Shown piece by piece: positions 1 to 9,791 of a stretch of DNA of 64,000 nt (the first letter of the stretch is position 1; the number at the start of each line of letters is the position of its first letter). This stretch comes from Balanoglossus misakiensis. Lineage: Eukaryota; Animalia; Hemichordata. Position numbers and translations under genes: made by a program. Below the pieces are notes generated by a model. The model was not told the DNA's origin. It worked only from the letters and a program-made list of their open reading frames with translations, and did not search any database. The stretch is from the NCBI GenBank assembly GCA_040954595.2, contig CM082594.2:9069612-9133611 (forward strand). The letters are read 5' to 3'.

Positions 1-466
1 CAACAGGTCACTTGAGGTCATGATAGTAGCCTTTTCAACTGCATATGTGCTACCTACCTAGTCATAAACGTCATTGATTTTAAGGATTTAACGTCCTTGA
101 TATTACTGACAGTTAAAAGTTCAGTTCTCACATGACAACATAAATCGTCCATAACATACAATATTGTTACCGTATACTAAATCGTGCCATACTAATAATT
201 CTAATAAATACAAATGTAGAACGCTTCCAGTACGTTAAATGAAATGAAAATATACAACTACTCGTATTCAAATTAAGCCTCTGATTATTGGCGTTATTAT
301 CTGTTATTAAGAAATGAGAAATACTCAGCGCCCATAAATTAGCTTTCCATAACGAAAATGAATATTAGTATCACTTCCTTTCCACAAGAAATCATCCCTG
401 GGATGGTTTCGAATAACTGAAGTGTTTTCCTCTCATTACATCATCTTCTCGTATGTACATGTGTTC

Positions 467-3400
467 TTACAATATACTGTTGTAGACAAATTGTTGGTCA
501 CGTAGTTTAAGGTAGTTGGGCTCGTCTCGGCTTTTTTCTAATGGTTCAAGGTAGAGAGATTTATCTGGGCTTCTTTCGAACGGTATGTGCAATATTTGCT
601 TGATTTCTTCAACCAGGGTTTTGAAGTTGGGTCTGTCGTCGGGGTCGTCATGCCAACACTGTAGCATAAGTCCATACCTGTAGTGCACAAACCGATTGAA
701 GGTTTAATTCGTTTAAAATGTCTCGATCATCTCGAGTACCTAAAACTGTTGTATGCTGAACGAATCTTACAGATTTGTGAGAACGATCTGATTTGTGAAG
801 TTAATATGCAGTCCATCCAAACGTCATATACCGTATATGCCTAGCAATGTTACCAATGAACTTTGGTGTCATGATGACGTGAATTTCAGAGTCACGAGGC
901 TAATAGCTCCCCATGTCGTCTCATGACATTTGAAATGAGCTAAACCAAAGCAAGAAATCGTACACTTACACATCATCAGGGGCGTATTGAGGTTGGTTCA
1001 GTCTTTTCCCTGTGTCCAAGTATCTCAACAAATCCCAGTTGTCAACAGACCCGTAAGGTAATTCACCACGCGTGACAAGCTCCCACAGTAGCACGCCAAA
1101 CGCCCACTGCCATGGAAACAAAACAGAGTCGTCAAACATACCAGTGAGCGACACAATTTTGAATTTAAGTAATTTTGAAACGAGATCACTCAGAAAGTAC
1201 ACACTGTGTGGACACTTACAACATCTGTTTTTGTGGTAAAGACCTGTCGTCGAAAACTTTCTGGTGCCATCCATTTTACCGGTAATTTCACGGATTTGTC
1301 TCTTGTGGAATAGTACTCCCTCTCATAGATGTCCCTGGACAATCCAAAATCTGACACTTTCACAATATCCATTTCGTCAACCCTGTTGAAATATATCAAA
1401 CGGAACACTTTTAAGAAGATTAGTAAAATCTTGGTATCACACATTTCTCATATTGTCAAGAATGTGCTGGAAATTTTGAAATACTATTTCAGTCAGCTAT
1501 GTGTGTTCAAATATTTTTACTGAAATGGAATATATAATTCTCGAGGCAAAGAACGAGCGAATGATACCTACATGCAATTTCTGCAAGCAAGATCTCTATG
1601 TACAAACTTTCTTTCAGACAGATAAGCCATTCCTTCTGCTACATGTAACGCAAAAGTAAGTAGATTCTTCAAGGTGAATTCCTTGAAAATAAAAAAAAAC
1701 ACATCACATATTCAAATACTAGTAGCTTAACTAATTAATTAATTAATTAATTAATTATATAGAGAAATACACACTATAACAGGAAATCATCTCACCTGGC
1801 TTTCGCTTGTGATGTATGTCTTTAGATCGCCCTTCCTCAAGTACGGCAGAACAATCAATGGGAATTCGTTCTTTTCCAAACAAACACCAATCAGTGACAA
1901 AACATGAGGGTGATCAAAGTCTCTCATCAGTAGACCTTCCAGGAGGAATCTTCTCAGATCTTCTAAAGATGCATCACCTATTAAGGAGATGGCATGTCAG
2001 TATTGTTGCCTCGAGGCAGATGCAAGTATCTGATTCTCGATCAGCCCAAGGTAGAGGCTGATTAGCCCATCAATACCACCGTCAAATAGAGTCTACGGCC
2101 TTGTTATTTTAGGGTTCAATCAACATTTCTGTATACAATTCAATGGTTCTGTAATTTAAGTTCAGATAATGTAGGTCAAATGAGACCTCACTACGTTTTT
2201 TCCTAGACGATAAATCTCTGGTATCCTAAAGTCTTTCTATCAGTTTCAAAAACATCTTTGTTATTTCTAAAACCCATCTTGTGAATTACCTTTGAGCAAT
2301 TTCACTGCAATTTCCTGCGATGGACGCCCGGGCTTGTAATTTTTCCGAAGTGTTCCCTTTACTACAATTCCTTTGTGACCTGTTTGTGATAGGAGTAATA
2401 TCGATATAGAAAATGTTACCGTTGTACTGAATAATTTCGCGTGAACTGTAATTGTGGCATCAAAACCTATTGTGCAGGGTCCATGATATTAGAACAGTAA
2501 AAATCAATCACAGATGCATAGATTCATGGAAACTATATAAACCTTACCTTGTCCAAGGATTTCTTTTTCATGCAATATTAGATCCTTTCTGTCTATTCTT
2601 ACCCCCTGAACGTCAGCTTGCATGTCCTTATCTAAGTAGCCGTACGGGTCTTGGCGCCAGTCATGGGCTATGAACACTGCAGTGCAAAATGAAAACGCAT
2701 ACTACAAGGTTAAGAAATAATTGAGCGTGTTTCAAAATATGAGTTTTAGAGCTTGCTGCTAAATACACGATCGGGTTCCCCTAGATCAGGGCTTTAAGAA
2801 AATATATACTTTAAGGAGATTAGAAATTCGATCATCGACAGAAAAGTACAATTTCTGAAAGCGTCTGTTTTGTATGTCGCACACGGACTCCAGTTACTCA
2901 CATGATTGGTACACGTGATCAATCTTCATTTTCTCTACAACCGTTCGCTTGATACGTTCTTTATTTCTCCGCCGAAGAAACAGTAAAATGACCGCGGCGA
3001 TAATGACGATCAAAATCAACAGAAGTATCAGCACAATAATCGCCACAATCCATGGACTCAGGCTGTCATCTTGTCCAACGTAATGCAGATAACCAACAAA
3101 ATGGGAGTTCTTTTCAAAAATCCCAAATTGAACCTTCGTATAGCAAAAAAGAAACAAGGTTGGTTAGAAAGTAGTTTGGTTGTGTGCAATGGCGGACAAT
3201 GAAGCTGATGTACATGTACACAGTTGATTTGACCACTACTTGCTTGTGTTAAAATTGATTAAGAAACTAACAGATGCAAGACAGGATTCCTGCTACAAGT
3301 GAGTACTAGTCTTACCAACACTTGCGGATGGCCATGAGGTCTCTCGTATTCCCGCCGTACAGGAGGCTTGCTCTTAGGAGGTTGGCATGTTATTTCAGTG

Positions 3401-6400
3401 GAATACAGGGATATGATTCGGCAGAAGTCAGTCCCTATCTGAACCGTGACGTCTGCAACCTGTACACCACAGTCCATCCTTTCCCCCTTGAAGTGAAAAT
3501 GGAACTGTTCCATTAGTGATTTTGTTCAAGTGTTCCACGTTTCTAATTAGCAGCTCTTCTTCGTCTTAAAATCAGGGTTCAACTGAAGAGCAGGTTTTAG
3601 AAAAATTTGACATGGATAATATCCAGATTCTAGTGTACATACTTTACCTTGATGATCAGATAAGTGGCTTCTCCTTGGTTATAGTCAAATACATCATCAA
3701 TATGCGGAGGATCATACTTTGAGTCAGAGAAGGGGTAAACAATCGGATCCCAAGCAACTTCTAATTGCGTGTACTTCGTTTCGATGTACCGAAAGATGTT
3801 TTCAGGAAGCCAATCTGAAACGCCGTCTAGGACGAAGCCAACGAGAAAGGACACGTCTTCCCCGGTTTGCGGATCGGTGGTGATGTACGGGCACTCGCCG
3901 TCATCGTCATCCACGTCGCGTCTTCTCCTGCTGGTGGTGGTGTTGTTTTGGTCCATAGTAGCGTTGGAGTAAATTGTGATTTCTGGCGTTGGGCATGACA
4001 TCATTGCTTCAGTGACGTCACTACACACCTAAAAGAAGACAGAGTTTGGAACTGATGTAGTTTCTCTGGTATTGCCAAAACAGTTATATACAAAATAATA
4101 TCATATACTCAGATTTGTGGAGATAGCTCAGCAAGTCCGTAAAGAATAAACCTTCGTAAACCAAATTACATGTATTGTGATAACAAGTGAGGTTTATATA
4201 ACTAATGTATGATGTATAACAATCGAATTTTCATGTCAAAAATGCATGTGATATATTATAAGTAACCACTTAGCCTACCGAATAAAACCTCATGGCGAAG
4301 GAATTTGTCTCCACAGACACGACAAACAATGGGTATGCTATCACGTTCAGATTCGTGCCAGTCACAGTCTGCATGACACCTCCCCTATAAAATAAATTCT
4401 TTCTCTTTAACATCATAATAAGAGACAAAAACGAGGAGTTAACTGTAAAATAAGGAAATAATGGACTTTCATAATACTGGATTAACGATTTTTGATGTTC
4501 TTCAATTGTATAGAGCTTTTTTGGGTGTTCAAGAAATAGCAGAACTTAAACAATTCTTCTTGTATTAAGACACCTACCGATGTGGATCCCATTATATAGT
4601 CTTTGTTGGCATAAGTCACTAAATACTGCACTTCAAAAATTCAATTCTGGACAAAATCTTTAGAGAAATGATATTGACTACCTGATGAACGTCCTCAGAG
4701 GCGAAATGCTTTGAATCCTAGGATCTTCTTCGTAGAAATAATGTCTTACACTTTGTCTGATGTGTGTACCGTCGATTGTGAGGTTGATGAGTGACTGCAA
4801 AGGCTCTGCCACTGGTGGCGTAATACATATTATGTAACTTTCAGAGGTCCTGTGAAATTAACGTGTACACACAACTATTATATTTTCTTGGCCGAAGAAG
4901 CCATCGCAGAATTATGTACAATAACGAAATGGCACTAGTTGTATATATTGTATACTGATGTAATGATACCGAACGTTTGTATAGGCGTCTCACCATTTTA
5001 TTTCGCATGGCTTTCCCGCCATTTCCACCGTGATGTTTCCTGTTGTATTCAAGTGTCGTCCCCTGATAACCAACTTTGTGCCGCCAGATTGTGGTCCAGT
5101 TGCCGGATCAAAGTCTTCTATCTGTGGATCCTGTGAGGATAAAAAAATGTTTGAAACCTCCCTGTGATGTTATGCAGATTCGAAAATGAAATGTGTGGAG
5201 CATTATTTGAAAAAAGATGTATTAAAATTGTTGTACTCAAAACGACTAGTTCACAGATTTATACTCACCACATACGAGAAGTTGGTTTTCGATTCAAGAT
5301 TAAGGGGCGTGAGTCCAATGACAACGCTGATTACCACCGCGCCCTCTATGGCGACCGATTGCTGTGTGATGCAACTGATATCGTGACTGCAAATAAATGG
5401 AAGTGTAAATTAAAATGATTGCCCTCCTGTGGGAATTTTTGTAATATCTATCAGCTAGATAACAAATAATTTTACAGGAGTTTACTGGACTGGTAACCGG
5501 TTTTTATACTTACACCATGGAGGACGCATTCGTGAGTAGAACAATCTGACTGCATGGAGCGTCAGCGATTTGAATACTGGTCAGATCTAGTGACACGTTG
5601 GTATCAGTGCGTACGTTGATATCCACGCGTGTGTTGCCATCTATGATGCCAACGTCTGGCTCAAACTAAATACAAATGATGGCGATGTGTGTTATAGATG
5701 TGATCCTACAAACGATTCACTTGATTTGCTCTTACAAAGTAACTCAACCATCATTCAAACTTAATAAAATTCGTGCTATTAATTTGAGACATATTCTTAA
5801 CCTGTGGAAAAACTCAGTGCCCAAGTCGTTAGATTTCAGATCCCTTACGCTTTACCTCAATGATGTAATCTCCAAGCAGGTCTATCATTCCGCATTGGTT
5901 GTCTAGCAACGACTGGGGCGTGGTTCCAGCTTTCAACCACTTCTCAGCTTCGCATGTTAGATCAGAGTGACACCTGTTTCAAATGAAACATACACCATAC
6001 GGTGTTCAGAGATCAAAAACTTTACACGTGCCCCAATTGGTTACAACTTCAGAGGCCCCGGATGTTCCTTGTTTCTTCGGCTGTTTGCTTTATTCTTTAT
6101 TATCGCTATGGTAACCTATGTGTACGTGTCCTCCAGCACAAGTACATTGTATACTATTGCGAAATCAAGAACTAAAAATGTCCTACCTGTTATCGGAGAC
6201 ACACCACCCACAATTCACAGCGGCAACACATGATGCACAAGTGAGGAGCCTAGAACACTCTGTGGTTATTTCTGTCGTAACTGAATAGAATAAAAGAAAA
6301 ATTCAATCATGTGTCGTGTTTTTGTAAGAAAAAGAAAATCGTCGTCATAGAAAAAAAGGCATATCATCTAACTCCCGATTAACTAAAAAGGATCGTCGAA

Positions 6401-7601
6401 AATATGATTGTGGTTTAGCTTGTGAAAATGTTCAAATTCTGGTGTTGACGCGCGCTTTCTGACAATACCTGTACCGGCGTCTGTCGCTGTTATGGTTTTG
6501 GTTGTTTGAAGAGGCACCGTTGTTTCATGTTTGGTTGTCCATTGCTGTTCAAACGTTGTTAATGTTATTCCGGTTTCATCTGTTGTTCCTTCATAGGTCA
6601 TTGTAAGGTCATCAGTGGTGGCCATGTCCGTCACACCCATTTCTGATCCGAAAGTAGCTTTGAATAATTAAGATTGAGAAAGTTCTTAAAGAAGGATGTT
6701 GTTTGTATGGCTAAACATGTCTTGTAATGAATTGTGGAAACCAATTAAATATTAACTGATCGCAAATCATGTATGATAAATACTAATAATTGGCATTTGT
6801 CGCCCAGGTAAAATATTAACTAGAAATGCCCCATTATATGAGAACTACATAGTCTTACCTGAGTCTGTAGTATTAATCACGTATTCTGTTTCCATAGTAA
6901 CATTAGATATGGCTGCTGTAGTTTCATTGAGCGGAGGCTCGGTTGTGTTTTGTGCCAGTTCCGTTGGTAACGTAGTAACATTACTGAAGATCGCTGCAGT
7001 TACATTTGAGGGGGCTATAGTTACATTGGAGGGTGGGGAAGTTAAATTGGAGGGTGGGGAAGTTACGTTGGTGGGTGGGGAAGTTACATTGGTGGGTGGG
7101 GAAGTTACGTTGGAGGGCGCTGTAGTTAAATTGGGGGGTGGGAAACTTACAGTGGAGGGTGGGGAAGTTACAATGGGTGCTGTCAGTGTGGTTAAACCGG
7201 ACGGAGGCTCCGTTGTGATTTGCGTCTGACCTGTGTGTATCATTAGGATAAAAAAAGAATATTTAAATAACATGAAAAAAATGAATTTATCTGCCTAGGA
7301 GAAACACATCATTATACCCTGATCGTGAAAAGCCTTCTAACATATGTTCGTTCAGACTTGTTTCATTTTCAGTCAGGTCAGTACAGATACTCAATCCACA
7401 ATCTCACGAATACAATTGATGTGAATCCAAATAAACACATTTAAGGCGTTTTCACTCATCTACTTCTAGCTACAGGTAAACAGTTGGAAATATAACATTT
7501 GGAAAGATAAAAACAGTCAAAATGTGTTTCACCAACTCACCGATAATTGTGTATTCTAGGGTTATCGAAGTTATAAGGAGTAACTTCCAGAGACTGTACA
7601 T
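467..7601 (-). CDS. MET/RON (HGF receptor)-family receptor tyrosine kinase, ~20 exons, ~1,100 aa: signal peptide, mucin-like Thr/Ser/Pro stalk, PSI, 4 IPT/TIG, TM, tyrosine kinase
   Basis: Approximate GT-AG exons that join in frame: 7601-7541 ([21 protein letters not shown], signal peptide); 7230-6860 and 6657-6469 (mucin-like); 6280-6187 and 5973-5856 (PSI: [25 protein letters not shown]); 5665-5514, 5386-5269, 5130-4994 ([24 protein letters not shown]), 4850-4682, 4385-4279, 4028-3648, ~3489-3316 (IPT domains); 3133-2900 ([31 protein letters not shown]); 2677-2548, 2379-2290 (GQGHKG...IAVK), 1977-1796 ([16 protein letters not shown]), 1681-1570 ([10 protein letters not shown]), 1382-1220 ([14 protein letters not shown]...[11 protein letters not shown]), 1106-970 ([14 protein letters not shown]), 677-467. 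The PSI+IPT ectodomain and kinase motifs match the MET/MST1R family. Confidence 0.9.
1727..1757. repeat. (TAAT)n microsatellite in RTK intron
   Basis: ttaactaattaattaattaattaattaattat seen directly. Confidence 0.85.
6960..7175 (-). repeat. Coding 21-bp minisatellite encoding [ST]N[VL]TSPP heptads (mucin-like)
   Basis: Repeated unit gaagttac[ag]ttgg[at]gggtggg on the + strand. Translation [55 protein letters not shown]; about 8 imperfect copies. Confidence 0.9.
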
Positions 7602-8519
7602 GTTGATTTCGATCGGCGACTGCTTGAACCATAGGTTGTCTAGTCTGGTATAGTTTGTGGAAAGGGGACACTCAGAACGCAGGTTCACTGAGTTGTACAG
7701 GTTTACAGTCGGGTGTGGTGCGATCTTCTTCTTGTTGTATGAAACAGATCCATTGTTGTTCTTAAAAGCCCTGCATTTAGACAAATCACGAATCGAGGGT
7801 TCATTCAAACATTTTTTGGACTGAAGGATCGTACGAACAATAACCGTTAAAGGGGCCCATTGAAAATTCACACTGCCGCGTATGTTTAATGGTTGAAAAT
7901 ACACCCATGAAAGCCTTGAGTGAATTTTAAGGACCGCAGTTGTGTTTGAAATAAAATAGTGTATTTGGTGGGCAAATGCATATATTGTCCCACTATGTCT
8001 CCACGCACTGAGACATTGATATATGGACTTCAATTTCCTTCTACAAGTTCATCCGGGAAGTTCGTCAAGTAAATGTCACTGCCTCGTACAAAAAAGATGA
8101 AATCCAAGATTTGACACCCATTATTTTCCGCTGCGCATGAGCAGTGATAATTCTCGGCGGATATTGATCGCTATGGCAACGCTTGCTGAACTCGGTGACG
8201 CCACGCGTACGAATGCCGAATACATGTAATAGAAAAAGCGATCGACTGCCGCCGATGGGTGGCTTCTAAGATCAGCTCTGGTTGAAATAGAAACAGACGA
8301 CGCTTGTATTTCCACGGTGTCTATTGATTTTCTGTGCAGTCGATAAGAATCTATGCCACACAGGTCACTGTGAATCCCTTCGTAGTCTTCAACGCGTGTT
8401 AGTAGAATGAACAAGGAGGAAGATAGTGGAAGAGATTGAGAAAATAGATTGTATGGAGACAAACGACAGATAAGGCTACACTTCACCAAAAGGCACTCCT
8501 CCAATTTGGCAACAGTGAC

Positions 8520-8925
8520 ACCAGATCACGTGACATACACCTGTGCGTACTCAGCATTGTCACATTTCTTTGGGGATTTTAGATGAGCGTATCCTTGAGT
8601 TTCCCACCTGCTTGCGTCAAACAGCAAACGTCGATATGGTGATATTTGCTGAACAGGCTGATAAAGAATTAATGCAATCAAATTTCAAAATTCATGGGCT
8701 TTGACCTATCCTCTGATTTCGTTAAAAATGATACAAGGAGTTAGTCAGCAATTCCCATACGGTCAAAACGACTATCTTAAGGGGCCGGGTTGTAAATGAT
8801 TCATTGCTTAAGCGGTACATACACTCACATATATATAAACATCGCACATAAGGCAAACGTCGATGCTAAAAATAACCCCCTGACACGTGACATGTGAGAA
8901 AAAACCGCTTTTTTCAGGTAAGTCA
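8520..8925 (+). promoter_or_regulatory. Probable promoter and non-coding first exon of the kelch gene, divergent from the RTK gene
   Basis: TATA-like atatataaa at ~8831-8839. CACGTG E-boxes at ~8527 and ~8884. Strong donor CAG|gtaagt at ~8917, with a candidate acceptor tcacag at ~9773 just upstream of ATG 9792. Confidence 0.45.
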
Positions 8926-9791
8926 ATTGACTCGGGTGTTTAAAAAATAACTCAGCAAATTTGTAGCTTAGTTTATATCCCAACTGCCGCAATATTTCTC
9001 AAATCTCAAATTTATAAGTACATTCAGTAAAAAGCAACAACAATTGTCTCGTCTAAGTGGTTTCCAAGGGTAAGGTGAATTCAATCTATTTCTTTCGAAC
9101 GGAATGCATGCGTCATGCAAGGCTGTATGAAATTAACACGGTTTATTTTTTATTAGGGTTTTCATTCGTTATGCACGTCACAGCGGTACAAGTTCGGATG
9201 TTTTAGAAGTTTCAACTCACGGAATTTGAAATTCATGTTGACAACAATATTAAAATAATATCAAAATTATTCTTCATTCTGGCTAATAGTATTAACGTAA
9301 ATTACTTATAAATATATATTTAATAATATATTTATTAATAACAGTGAATGTCCGTGAGGCGAATATGCTATCACTGCACCGTGTTTGACCTTAACCCTGA
9401 ACTCAAGGTGTAGAGATGAAGACCTTCATCAATATCATGATGAGATGTTAGGACAGTTCTGCTGTAGACGTAATGACATTTGAAAGTTCAAACCATATTC
9501 GAGGTTCTTGAATATATAAATATTTAACATGATTTACCTAGATTTGTGTAACCAATCAGATTCACATATTTTCTATCGCGTGTGGTGTCTAAAATATATT
9601 TTCAATCGGCTTGATCTCTTGCAAACACAGATTATGTCGACGTACGTGAAATCATTGGGGGGACATGTAATGTTTGGCCAACCTGTGCGTGTACGTGCAT
9701 GTAATGTTAATGCCCGGTGTATGAAATAGGAGCATACACAATTATACCGTCTAACGCATCTACTGATTCACAGTCTGACAGAATCAGAGGG

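Noticed and set aside
5451-5470. 12-nt match to the reverse complement of miR-9 (cagctagataac)
   Set aside because: The seed end does not match and there is no pre-miRNA hairpin.
6909-7229. 106-aa + strand ORF of GGEVTL repeats
   Set aside because: Antisense shadow of the mucin-repeat exon of the RTK.
7470-8033. 187-aa minus-strand ORF
   Set aside because: Non-ATG start and no recognisable domain. Only 7601-7541 (the signal-peptide exon) is supported; the rest is UTR or intron.
9717-9791. GTG-initiated N-terminal extension of the kelch ORF
   Set aside because: The ORF track allows bacterial-style starts. An acceptor-like tcacag at ~9773 and ATG 9792 fit a eukaryotic gene better.
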